This document shows, piece after piece, positions 8,490-17,190 of a DNA stretch of 36,890 bases; within the stretch, counting starts at the first letter, position 1; the number at the start of each line of letters is the position of its first letter. The notes below the pieces were generated by a model. The model did no database searches. It had not been told where the DNA came from and saw only the letters and a program-made list of their open reading frames with translations. The translations under genes were made by a program, and so were the position numbers. The stretch is from a virus (taxonomy: Duplodnaviria > Caudoviricetes), in the IMG/VR virus record IMGVR_UViG_3300028369_000016, positions 1 through 36,890 of that record; one strand, 5' to 3'.

Positions 8490-8872
8490 AGAAACCCACA
8501 GGCAGACCGCCATTCACCCTGAGCGACGAGCAGTTCAAAACCATTGAGGGCATGGCGCGCATTCAATGCACCCAGGATGAAATCTGCGACATCTTCGAGG
8601 TGACTGACAAGACGCTGAACCTTGCGCTGCAAAAGCACAGCGGCGTTTCTTTTTCCGACCTTATTAAAAAGAACATGAGCCATGGCAAGGCATCGCTCCG
8701 CCGGTCACAGTGGAAGGCGGCAGATAAGGGCGTGCCATCGGTGCTGATTTGGCTTGGCAAGCAATATCTGGGCCAAAAAGATCAGGTCGAGGCGACGGGC
8801 AATGTGACCCTGCATCCATTTGACGGATGGGAGACCAGGCGTGCGCAACCCAATCCGCCTGACGCTGACTGA
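8486..8872 (+). CDS. terS: Terminase small subunit
   Basis: GRP start, HTH, SLRR.QW..A..G...LIWLGKQYLGQKD; directly upstream of TerL. Confidence 0.8.
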   Translation: MKKPTGRPPFTLSDEQFKTIEGMARIQCTQDEICDIFEVTDKTLNLALQKHSGVSFSDLIKKNMSHGKASLRRSQWKAADKGVPSVLIWLGKQYLGQKDQVEATGNVTLHPFDGWETRRAQPNPPDAD

Positions 8873-10094
8873 GCCGCAAGAGCGGTTTCTGATGTCGGAG
8901 GCAAAGCACCCGGCGTTCGTGGCAGGGTTTGGCGCGGGCAAGTCCGAGATCATGGCCTATGCGGCGCTAGGGGATGCGGCACACAGCGCCACGGCGCTCA
9001 TTGGGCTATACGCGCCCACCTATGACCTTGTGCGCCTGATTACGGGTCCGAGGATATGCGCCAAGCTGCAAGAGCAAGGCATTCCACACCGATGGAACAA
9101 GACGGAAAATATCGTCTACACATCATGGCCGCGATTTGGTGACTTCCTGATGCGGACAATGGACAACCCCGAAAGAATTGTAGGCTACGAGACTTACCGC
9201 GCGCATGTCGACGAACTTGACACGCTAAAGATTGCCAACGCTCGCAAGGCTTGGAACCAGATTATCGCGCGAAACAGGCAGCGCCCCGAGGGCATCAAGC
9301 GCCCATTCAATCGCGTTTCGGCCTATACGACGCCGGAGGGCTTTCGGTTTGTCTATGAGCGATGGGCCAAACAACCGACGCCAGGCTATGAGTATTTCCA
9401 AGCGCCAACCTACAGCAACCCATTCTTGCCTGCGGAATATGTCGACAACCTGCGCAACACCTACCCGCCCGAACTGATCGACGCCTATATCGAGGGCCGC
9501 TTTGTGAACCTCACCAGCGGCACCGTTTATAATTCATATGGGCGTGAGGTAAACCGCAGCCGCGAAACGATCCAGCCAAATGAGCCGATCAAGTTGGGCA
9601 TGGACTTCAACGTGGGCAACATGGCCGCTTGCGCGTTCGTGTTGCGCGACAAAGATTGGCATTGCGTCGATGAACTCAAGGGCGGTGCTGACACGCCTTC
9701 GATGATCCAGACAATCAAGACGCGATACGAAGGCCACCACGTCACGATCTACCCGGACGCCAGCGGGGCAAGCGCCAGCAGCAAGGGCGCGTCACTGTCC
9801 GACATCGGCCTGTTGCGCGCGGCGGGGTATTCGATCCGGGCAAAGGGTAGCAACCCGCGCGTCAAGGATCGTATCAACGCGGTGAATCTGGGCTTCCACG
9901 GCGGCAAGCTATGGGTCAACCCGGACACATGCCCCGAAACTTCGCGTTGCCTTGAGCAGCAGTCCTATGATAAGAACGGGGAACCTGACAAGACATCGGG
10001 ACTTGATCACCAGAATGACGCATTCGGATACCCGATTGCTTACGAAATGCCGGTGATCAGGCCGACCATGACCGCCGCGCCGCTGCCGTTTTAG
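8841..10094 (+). CDS. terL: Terminase large subunit
   Basis: Walker A AGFGAGKS, APTY, Walker B HVDE, TTPEG, nuclease GMDFN and DHQNDAFGY. GTG start at 8841 inferred from upstream GGAG. Confidence 0.95.
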   Translation: MRNPIRLTLTEPQERFLMSEAKHPAFVAGFGAGKSEIMAYAALGDAAHSATALIGLYAPTYDLVRLITGPRICAKLQEQGIPHRWNKTENIVYTSWPRFGDFLMRTMDNPERIVGYETYRAHVDELDTLKIANARKAWNQIIARNRQRPEGIKRPFNRVSAYTTPEGFRFVYERWAKQPTPGYEYFQAPTYSNPFLPAEYVDNLRNTYPPELIDAYIEGRFVNLTSGTVYNSYGREVNRSRETIQPNEPIKLGMDFNVGNMAACAFVLRDKDWHCVDELKGGADTPSMIQTIKTRYEGHHVTIYPDASGASASSKGASLSDIGLLRAAGYSIRAKGSNPRVKDRINAVNLGFHGGKLWVNPDTCPETSRCLEQQSYDKNGEPDKTSGLDHQNDAFGYPIAYEMPVIRPTMTAAPLPF

Positions 10095-10104
10095 AGGATC
10101 ACAC

Positions 10105-11496
10105 ATGGTAGACACAGTAGCGAAACAGACTGCCACGATGGCCGCAATGGTGCAGGCTGGCGCTAAGGGGCGCGCGCTGATGTCCGGCACGGCTGGCATG
10201 CGCAAGGAAGGCACGCGATACCTGCCGAAATTCAAGGCCGAGGCCGAGGATGATTATCAAGCGCGCCTGCATTCGTCCTGGCTGTTCAACGCGCTGCGCA
10301 AAACCATCAAAGACATGACAGGCCGGGTGTTCGACAGCCCTATTGAGATACAGGACGCGCCGCAACAGATCATTGACATGACCGAAGATATTGACATGCA
10401 GGGCCGCGACCTGAGCGTGTTTGCGTCCGAGGTGTTCAAGGACGCGTTTGTGCCTGGCGTTAGCTACATCATGGTTGAGGCACCCCGCCGCAATGCAGAC
10501 ACCACGCGCGCTCAGGCGGCTGCACAGGGCTTGCGTCCGTATCTGGTGCATCTACGAGTGGAGGACGTGCGGGGATTCAAGCCCGGGCTGTTTGGCAACG
10601 TGCTGGCCTTGGCGCAGTTGCGCATCCGTGAAACCGTTAGCGAGGACGATCCAGAAGGCGAGTTTTCGCAGGTTGAGGTTGAACAGGTGCGGGTGCTGGA
10701 CCGCCTGCCCGATGGTGTGCGAGTGCGGCTGTATCGCCAGAACAGCAAGAAGCACTGGGCGGTAGTTGATGAATATATGACCGAAGCGCCTGAAATCACG
10801 GTGATTCCGTTCTATGCCCAGCGCACGGGGTTCTTTACCGGCGAGCCGGTCCTAGAGGATTTGACCGACGTCAACATCGCGCACTGGCAGTCGCAATCTG
10901 ATCAGCGCAACATTCTCCACTTTGCTCGCGTGCCGATCCTGTTTGCATCCGGTCGCGGTGATGACGAGCCATTGACGATCAGCGCGGGAACGGCGGTCGT
11001 ATCACGCGACGTTGGCGCGACCCTGCAATGGGTTGAGCATAGCGGCAAGGCGATCGACAGCGGACGGCAAGACCTGAAAGACCTTGAATTTCAGATGCAA
11101 ACGCTTGGCCTGCAATTGCTGGTGGCGCGCGCGCAGTCCGCAACCGGGGCCGCGCTGGATGCTGTCAAGGAGACCAGCACGCTTGCCATGATGGCGGACA
11201 GCCTCAAGGACGCGCTGGAACAGGCGCTGCAATGGATGGCGTTCTATGCAGGGCTTGGCGATGTGTCGATCACGGTAAACGTCAACAAGGAATTCGGCGT
11301 TACGATGATGACACCGCAGGAAGTGCTGGCGATGCAGAAAGACGTTGCGATGGGCTATCTGACGCTGGAAACGTATTTTGAGGAACGCAAGCGGCGCGGT
11401 GTGTTGCGGCCTGACTTGGACACGGCGGCGGAATTAGACAGGCTGGCGGCGACTGCGCCTGCGCTGACTGGCGCGCCGATGGGATTGGGGGAATAG
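10105..11496 (+). CDS. Portal protein (DUF4055-like)
   Basis: YLPK...E....Y..RL, RPY, NIAHWQSQSD...ILH.ARVP; follows TerL. Confidence 0.9.
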   Translation: MVDTVAKQTATMAAMVQAGAKGRALMSGTAGMRKEGTRYLPKFKAEAEDDYQARLHSSWLFNALRKTIKDMTGRVFDSPIEIQDAPQQIIDMTEDIDMQGRDLSVFASEVFKDAFVPGVSYIMVEAPRRNADTTRAQAAAQGLRPYLVHLRVEDVRGFKPGLFGNVLALAQLRIRETVSEDDPEGEFSQVEVEQVRVLDRLPDGVRVRLYRQNSKKHWAVVDEYMTEAPEITVIPFYAQRTGFFTGEPVLEDLTDVNIAHWQSQSDQRNILHFARVPILFASGRGDDEPLTISAGTAVVSRDVGATLQWVEHSGKAIDSGRQDLKDLEFQMQTLGLQLLVARAQSATGAALDAVKETSTLAMMADSLKDALEQALQWMAFYAGLGDVSITVNVNKEFGVTMMTPQEVLAMQKDVAMGYLTLETYFEERKRRGVLRPDLDTAAELDRLAATAPALTGAPMGLGE

Positions 11497-11535
11497 ATGG
11501 CATACATGAAAAAGCGCAAGCCGAAGAAATAACCC

Positions 11536-13689
11536 ATGGCCAGCGTAAACACCGAAATCCTTGACAGCATCACTGGCCGCGCGTTGGACCTGCAACGGCT
11601 GACGGCCACGCAGTTGCGCGACAGTGCGATGTTCCTGCGCACGTTGGAAGGCGATATCGTGGCGCAACTTGCCCGCATCGACCCGACAGGCATAGCGGCA
11701 CCATCGCGGCAGGCTGCGCGGCTGGAAAAGCTGCTGGACCAAACCCGCGAAACAATACGCAACGCATACCGGGCAGAATCCACGCGCCTGGTGGGTGAGT
11801 TGCGCGAGTTGGCGGATATCGAGACACAGTTTGCGGCGTCGTCAATAAACAAAGCCGTGGGCGCAACCTTAATCACCACAAGCATTACGCGCGGGCAGCT
11901 TGTAGCGATTGTTGACGGCGTGCTGATCCAAGGCGCGCCCGTGTCGGATTGGCTCTCACGGCAGGCTGGTGACACGCTGCAAAAATTCACTGACGCCATG
12001 CGGATGGGCATTGCAGAGGGAGAGACAAACGCCAGCCTGATCCGGCGCATACGGGGCGGGGTGCAGGGCGGCGAACCCGTGCAAGGCTTCATGCAGGTTT
12101 CGCGGCGCAATGCGGAATCGCTGGTGCGGTCGGCAACGCAGGCTGTTTCGCAGAAGTCGCGGCAGTCGCTATACGAGGCCAACCAGGATTTGGTGAAGGC
12201 GCTGCAATGGGTATCGACCATTGATCTGCGCACGACGATTGACTGCGCCACACGCGACGGGCTGACATACACCGTTGAAGGCCACGAGCCTATTGGCCAC
12301 ACGCTGCCGTGGGGTGGCGGGCCGGGGAATCTGCATTGGGGCGCTTTGGTCGAAGGCACGCTAATCAGGACAAAGGCGGGGCTTGTCCCAATCGAGTTTA
12401 TAAAGGTTGGCGATCTTGTCCTAACCCACCTTGGCAGGTGGAAGGCGGTCACTGATACGAAGTGCAAGCGACTTGAGGGCGGCGTCGTCCGGGTGATAAA
12501 CACGAAGTCCGGCGGGGTTCTCAGGGCAACGGATGACCACCCCATATTTGCGGGCGGGTGGAAATTCGCGGGTTCCTTGAAGGTTGGGGATAATTTGCGC
12601 AGCGATACTTATCGCATGAAGGAAGTAATCCGGGCTTGCCGCCTTGTCGCATCGGAATCGGAATATGGTCCAACCTTGACGGACGAGGGCAGCATCGCGG
12701 TTAAGCGAGCGCTCAAGCTTGTGGCCCCCGACATCGGGTTCGAATGCGCATCTAATATCTGGGCGGGCAAAATCGAGAACCGCGCAATCGAAATGGTATT
12801 GCGAGACCCACTTGCCATCCAAAGGGATCAAAGCTTCAGACATCATATGCTCTCTGTCGCTCATGTTCTCTCTGAAGTAGGACGAAATCGTCTTGGCGAC
12901 CTTGTATCTGTGATCGTGACTGAGGGGGATACCACCAAGCCTCGCGCGCATGGTGTCAGCAAAGCCGTTGGCGCGTTTGGTTGCGTTGGCCTTGGCGATA
13001 GTTTCAGGAACTTTGCTGGGGTTATTAAGCGTCATGCGCAACGATGCTTTGGCATACTTGACGTGGGTTTCTTTGGTGTGGCCGAATCCCCAATGGTCAG
13101 CGCCGGAGGGGTTAACAATGTTTCCGCTGGCGTGGTCAAGTCGGGCTTGGTCGGTTTTGTTGCGGACGTCCATACCGTGCCGCTTGGCATAGCTGGACAG
13201 AATGCCGTTGCTAAATCCTTCCTCTCTCTCAATCCTGCGAAGGGAGAATCCGTCGGTGATGTGGCGTCGAGTGATGATGTCTGCAAGGGCAGGATTGAGT
13301 TTGGGCATGATGTGGTCCTTTCATTGGGCTTGCAGACTTATAGCGGGCTTGTTTACGATTTGGAAGTGGAAAGTGACGCGTCCTATATCGCAAACGGGGT
13401 TGCAGTTTCGAACTGTCGATCGACTTCCGTGCCCGTTCTCAAGTCGTTCCGCGAACTCGGCATTGACCTAGACGAAGTGCCACTATCCACGCGCGCAAGC
13501 ATGGACGGGCAGATTGCCGAGGATACCACGTTTGAAGGGTGGCTATCGCGGCGCACCGTTGCCGAGCAGGGCGAGGTTCTGGGCGTTGGCCGTGCAAAAC
13601 TATGGCGCGACGGTGAAATATCGTTCCGGGATTTGGTGGATGGAAATGGCAGACCTTTGACCTTAGAAGAACTACGCGCTAGAATTTAA
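11536..13689 (+). CDS. Head morphogenesis protein (MuF/SPP1 gp7-like), intein-containing
   Basis: R.AE.LVR, WVSTIDLRTT..C..RDG, then P..HWG|intein|CRST. Removing the intein leaves a 360-aa protein with the HxxCRS motif restored. Confidence 0.9.
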   Translation: MASVNTEILDSITGRALDLQRLTATQLRDSAMFLRTLEGDIVAQLARIDPTGIAAPSRQAARLEKLLDQTRETIRNAYRAESTRLVGELRELADIETQFAASSINKAVGATLITTSITRGQLVAIVDGVLIQGAPVSDWLSRQAGDTLQKFTDAMRMGIAEGETNASLIRRIRGGVQGGEPVQGFMQVSRRNAESLVRSATQAVSQKSRQSLYEANQDLVKALQWVSTIDLRTTIDCATRDGLTYTVEGHEPIGHTLPWGGGPGNLHWGALVEGTLIRTKAGLVPIEFIKVGDLVLTHLGRWKAVTDTKCKRLEGGVVRVINTKSGGVLRATDDHPIFAGGWKFAGSLKVGDNLRSDTYRMKEVIRACRLVASESEYGPTLTDEGSIAVKRALKLVAPDIGFECASNIWAGKIENRAIEMVLRDPLAIQRDQSFRHHMLSVAHVLSEVGRNRLGDLVSVIVTEGDTTKPRAHGVSKAVGAFGCVGLGDSFRNFAGVIKRHAQRCFGILDVGFFGVAESPMVSAGGVNNVSAGVVKSGLVGFVADVHTVPLGIAGQNAVAKSFLSLNPAKGESVGDVASSDDVCKGRIEFGHDVVLSLGLQTYSGLVYDLEVESDASYIANGVAVSNCRSTSVPVLKSFRELGIDLDEVPLSTRASMDGQIAEDTTFEGWLSRRTVAEQGEVLGVGRAKLWRDGEISFRDLVDGNGRPLTLEELRARI
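12343..13413 (+). mobile_element. Intein (357 aa) with Ala1 and Ser-Asn/Cys C-terminus, KlbA/class 2-like
   Basis: Block A ALVEGTLIRT..G.VPIE.IKVGDLVLT; block B LRATDDHPIF; block F VYDLEVESDASYIA; block G NGVAVSN followed by Cys+1. Confidence 0.92.
12421..13308 (-). CDS. Putative homing endonuclease (basic NUMOD3-like DNA-binding region plus Vsr/DUF559-like nuclease), antisense inside the intein
   Basis: SDRE...L...WVSQY...LDFARPDIRCAFEPDVGGH...RDAALVRQGWTIFRF matches the DUF559/Vsr pattern. N-terminal SLRRI HTH-like segment, HWGFGHTKET and LSHDHRYKVAKT. AAAGGA SD lies 7 nt before the ATG. Confidence 0.82.
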   Translation of the reverse strand: MPKLNPALADIITRRHITDGFSLRRIEREEGFSNGILSSYAKRHGMDVRNKTDQARLDHASGNIVNPSGADHWGFGHTKETHVKYAKASLRMTLNNPSKVPETIAKANATKRANGFADTMRARLGGIPLSHDHRYKVAKTISSYFRENMSDREHMMSEALIPLDGKWVSQYHFDCAVLDFARPDIRCAFEPDVGGHKLERSLNRDAALVRQGWTIFRFRCDKAASPDYFLHAISIAAQIIPNLQGTREFPPARKYGVVIRCPENPAGLRVYHPDDAALKSLALRISDRLPPAKVG

Positions 13690-13698
13690 CACACCGCT

Positions 13699-13730
13699 GA
13701 CGGGAAGTCGGCACAACCAGACGGGAAGTC
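13699..13730 (+). promoter_or_regulatory. Tandem GACGGGAAGTC motifs in the scaffold gene leader
   Basis: Exact 11-nt repeat at 13699-13709 and 13720-13730; the second copy occupies the RBS position of ATG 13734. Confidence 0.5.
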
Positions 13731-13733
13731 ACC

Positions 13734-14438
13734 ATGGAAATCGACGTAACAGACGCCACAACCCTGCCGGAATGGCTGCAAGGCCACGTCAAGGACGGCA
13801 AGCTAAACCTAGGCGCGCTTGCTGCACCGGAGGACGTGACGGGCCTTAAAACCGCCCTATCCAAAGAGCGCGGCAATGCGGCGGCATGGGCCAAATATGG
13901 CACGCCAGCCGAGATGGACGCCAAGATTGCCGAACTCACCGAAAAGGCCAAAGGCACCGGCAAGGGCGCGGATGACGCGCAGGCCAAGTTGGACGCAATG
14001 AAGGCGGATTACGAGGGCAAGCTGTCCGACGCGCAGACGCGAATCAGCAAAATGCACCAGCGCGGGGCGGCTTCTGACCTCAAGGCGGAACTCGCAAAAG
14101 CCGGGTTTATTGCCGAGGCTATTGACGACGTGGCAAATTCGTCTATGATGCGTATTCAGTTCCATGAGGACGGGTCTGCAAAGATCATGACCTCAGACGG
14201 AAAACCGATGATTGGCTCAGGCGCGGATCACGGGGCGACCTTAGCCGATCTGGCGAAGGAGCTTGCAGCATCCAAGCCATACGCGGTTCGGGATGCAGGC
14301 AAGGGCGGCGGCGGGAAGCCAGCCGGATCGACGGGCGGGAAGCCAAACCAACTCACAATCACACGCGCGCAGTTTGACGCATTGTCACACCCGGCCCGCG
14401 CGGCTCATGCAAAATCTGGTGGCGACGTTGTTGACTAA
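13734..14438 (+). CDS. Capsid scaffolding protein
   Basis: GLKTALSKER coiled coil, GGGG linker and C-terminal ITRAQFDAL motif; lies between MuF and MCP. Confidence 0.8.
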   Translation: MEIDVTDATTLPEWLQGHVKDGKLNLGALAAPEDVTGLKTALSKERGNAAAWAKYGTPAEMDAKIAELTEKAKGTGKGADDAQAKLDAMKADYEGKLSDAQTRISKMHQRGAASDLKAELAKAGFIAEAIDDVANSSMMRIQFHEDGSAKIMTSDGKPMIGSGADHGATLADLAKELAASKPYAVRDAGKGGGGKPAGSTGGKPNQLTITRAQFDALSHPARAAHAKSGGDVVD

Positions 14439-14462
14439 GCCCCGCAAAAGGATACCCCGCCC

Positions 14463-15623
14463 ATGGCAAACGTTCTTACAAGCCTTGCAAGTGACCTCTA
14501 CCGAGCTGCCGAAATTGTCGGCCAGACTGCGGTTGGGTTCATTCCATCCGTAACGGTAAACGCTGGTTCGCAAGCCGCCGCTCAAGGCGTGACTGTTCGT
14601 TCATACACGACCGTTGAGGGAACTATCAACACCAGCGTTACCCCGTCGATGACGATTCCCGAAGGCGACGACAACACCGTCGGCAATCGGACCATGACGC
14701 TGAATAAGGAGATCAACGCAAAGATTCCATTCACTGGCGAGGATCAACTTTTCCTTGAGCAGGGCGCAGGGTTTCAGACCGTATACGGCGCGTTGCTGGT
14801 TCGCAAAATGAATGGCATGGTTCGCCAGATTGAATCGGACATTGCAACCGAGGCTTATCGGTATGCATCTCGCGCGGTCGGGACTGCTGGCACAAACCCC
14901 TTTGCCACAAACTTCGACATTATCGCCGAGGCTCGTCAGGTCATCTTTGATAACTCCATGCCGGTTGATGATGGCCAACTGTCTATCGTCGTGAACTCGA
15001 TTGCAGGCACCAAGCTTCGCCAGCAGGCGCAACTGCAAAAGGCCAATGAGGCAGGCGGAACTGACATGCTGCGCCAAGGCACGCTGCTGGATTTGCAGGG
15101 CTTTATGTTGAAGGAATCGGCGGGCGTTCAAACTCACGTCAAGGGCACCGCAACCGGCGTGACCGTAAACGGGGCGCTTGCCATTGGTGCAACTGCGATT
15201 GTCTTTGACGGTGCAACTGCTGGCGCAACCGGCATCAAGGCTGGCGACGTTGTGACCTTCGCTGGTGACGCGGTGAACAAGTATGTGGTTGAGGTTGGGC
15301 AGGCATCCGGTGCATCTGGCACGTTCACCATCGCAGCCCCCGGCTTGCGTGTCGCAATCGCAGACAATGCGGCTGTGACCATCCTCAACGCCTACACCGC
15401 CAACGTCGGCTTCCACCGCTCGGCTATTGAGTTGGCCATTCGCCCGATGGCATCCCCTATGGCATCGGCAGCACAAGAGCAGATGATTATTCAAGACCCC
15501 AATTCGGGCTTGGCCTTCACTGTTGAGGTCTACGGTGGCTACAAGAAAGCCATGGTGGACATCACCGCGATCTACGGCGTGAAGGCATGGCAGCCAGACG
15601 CTATCGTCACGGTTCTAGGCTAA
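14463..15623 (+). CDS. Major capsid protein (P22 coat-like, with insertion domain)
   Basis: 386 aa after scaffold; LRQG.L..L.GF, Gly/Ala/Thr-rich insertion (KAGDVVTFAG), FHRSAI.LA.R and C-terminal YGVKAW.PD. Confidence 0.88.
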   Translation: MANVLTSLASDLYRAAEIVGQTAVGFIPSVTVNAGSQAAAQGVTVRSYTTVEGTINTSVTPSMTIPEGDDNTVGNRTMTLNKEINAKIPFTGEDQLFLEQGAGFQTVYGALLVRKMNGMVRQIESDIATEAYRYASRAVGTAGTNPFATNFDIIAEARQVIFDNSMPVDDGQLSIVVNSIAGTKLRQQAQLQKANEAGGTDMLRQGTLLDLQGFMLKESAGVQTHVKGTATGVTVNGALAIGATAIVFDGATAGATGIKAGDVVTFAGDAVNKYVVEVGQASGASGTFTIAAPGLRVAIADNAAVTILNAYTANVGFHRSAIELAIRPMASPMASAAQEQMIIQDPNSGLAFTVEVYGGYKKAMVDITAIYGVKAWQPDAIVTVLG

Positions 15624-15631
15624 TCTTTGCA

Positions 15632-15657
15632 GAGGGGCGGGCCACGGTTCGCCCCTT
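15632..15657 (+). terminator. Hairpin after the MCP gene (terminator or mRNA stabiliser)
   Basis: GAGGGGCGGGC-CACG-GTTCGCCCCTT, with no strong U tract. Confidence 0.45.
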
Positions 15658-15681
15658 CACTGAGGTTAGTTAGAGGCACGC

Positions 15682-16173
15682 ATGGCACTTGATACCACCA
15701 TCGGCGGCACGCAATCCGACAGCTACGGCACGCTGGCGGCGTATGAGGCGTATGCCCTGGCCATGGGGTGGACGCTTGCGACGACAGACGCGGCCAATGA
15801 AATCAACCTGCGCCGCGCGGCAACCGTGATCGACCGCAAGAATGAGTTTTTCGGCTTGCAGCAATACCAGTATCAGGCGCGTTCATGGCCGCGTCTGGTG
15901 CGCGGGCTGTTCAACGATTGGCCGATTGATCCAGACACAATCCCGATCGACATCATCAATGCGCAATTTGAGGTGGCGTATATTCTTCAAGGCGGGCTTG
16001 ATCCGTTTGCCACGATTGAGACAAGCGCCACATCGGAAAGCATCAAGGTCGGGCCGATCACGATTGCGGGCAGTAACCTGCCAACGTCACCCGCCCGAAT
16101 TCTTGCGGTCGAGGGCCTGTTGCGCGCCTACGTTCGTGGTGGTCAAGGGCTTATCAACATGAGGCGCGGGTGA
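15682..16173 (+). CDS. Head-tail adaptor (DnaT-like family)
   Basis: DSY...A..AY, LRRA...ID, Q..SWPR, IP.DI..AQ.E.A and KVGPI motifs; follows MCP. Confidence 0.8.
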   Translation: MALDTTIGGTQSDSYGTLAAYEAYALAMGWTLATTDAANEINLRRAATVIDRKNEFFGLQQYQYQARSWPRLVRGLFNDWPIDPDTIPIDIINAQFEVAYILQGGLDPFATIETSATSESIKVGPITIAGSNLPTSPARILAVEGLLRAYVRGGQGLINMRRG

Positions 16174-16421
16174 TGGGCCGGTTTATATTGGGCGAAGGGC
16201 AGAAATCCGACCGCGATGTTGTCTTAGTGAATCGAAAGCTAGGGATTGCAATCCTTGATGACAATGAAGCGCTAGATGTCACTAATTGGCTTGGGATTGA
16301 TGGGGAGGAATGCGAGCCAATGGAGGCTGTTGTTTGCGTTGCGGGGCCGTCACTACACAAACACAAGATCGGCTTTTACACGATTGATTTGCGTCAGTTT
16401 GAAGGGGCGGTAATTCAATGA
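16170..16421 (+). CDS. Hypothetical protein inserted in the neck operon
   Basis: Overlaps both neighbours (GTGA and ATGA). No recognisable family. Confidence 0.6.
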   Translation: MMGRFILGEGQKSDRDVVLVNRKLGIAILDDNEALDVTNWLGIDGEECEPMEAVVCVAGPSLHKHKIGFYTIDLRQFEGAVIQ

Positions 16422-16786
16422 CCACCATTCGCGCCCAAGTCACCGCCGCATTTGACACGCTGGTTGCAAAGCAGCCGGACGCGGTGCAGACGGGCAGCAT
16501 CCAGCGCGCCACGCGCGCAGGTGGCGGGCCTAGTGACCCCACAGGCGGAACCGTAACAACCGCCACCACGGCGGCGCGTATGGCCGTGTTTGAAATCGCA
16601 GAACGCCGCATTGACGGCACCAATATCTTGGCAGGTGACTTCCAAGTTATCATTGAACCGATAGGGATTGAGATTGACCTAGAGGATCTTATCATCTGCG
16701 ACCGTGGCACGCTGACAATCGCCAAGCTGGGCCGCGTTGCATCGGGTGGCGTGACTGCCCTCTATGACGCGGTAGGGCGGCGCTGA
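16418..16786 (+). CDS. Head closure protein
   Basis: DP.GG...IDGTNILAGD motif and gene position. Confidence 0.7.
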   Translation: MTTIRAQVTAAFDTLVAKQPDAVQTGSIQRATRAGGGPSDPTGGTVTTATTAARMAVFEIAERRIDGTNILAGDFQVIIEPIGIEIDLEDLIICDRGTLTIAKLGRVASGGVTALYDAVGRR

Positions 16787-17190
16787 TGGCTGGCTTTGCA
16801 GATCAGGTGCGCGGATTCGAGCGCAAGACTGCGCGCAAGATGGACTTGGCGGTGCGCAAGATCGCTTTGGAAATGTTCCGCCGCATCATCCTAAAAAGCC
16901 CCGTGCTGTCTGGCCGGTTTCGCGGCAACTGGCAACTTGCAATCGGTTCTGTGCCAAATGGCACGTTGGAGCTTGACGACAAGACAGGAACCGCGACGAT
17001 TGCCAAGGGCGCGGCGACTGTTATGGGCATCAACGCAGGCGACACAATCTACTTCGCCAATAACCTGCCATATGCGCGGCGATTGGAAGAAGGGTATTCG
17101 CAGAAGGCACCCAACGGCATGGTCGCGCTGACTATCCAAGAGTTTCAATCCGTGGTGTCGCGCATCGGCATAGAATTGAGCATCCAATGA
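16786..17190 (+). CDS. HK97 gp10-like neck protein
   Basis: SPV.SGRFRGNW...NNLPYARRLE.G.S.KAP.GMV. Confidence 0.85.
   Translation: MAGFADQVRGFERKTARKMDLAVRKIALEMFRRIILKSPVLSGRFRGNWQLAIGSVPNGTLELDDKTGTATIAKGAATVMGINAGDTIYFANNLPYARRLEEGYSQKAPNGMVALTIQEFQSVVSRIGIELSIQ

Noticed and set aside
11355-12545. Long antisense ORF (396 aa), and similar ones such as 14601-15494 and 20995-21720
   Set aside because: No motifs or RBS; these look like shadow ORFs of GC-rich genes, unlike 12421..13308, which has a nuclease signature and an SD.
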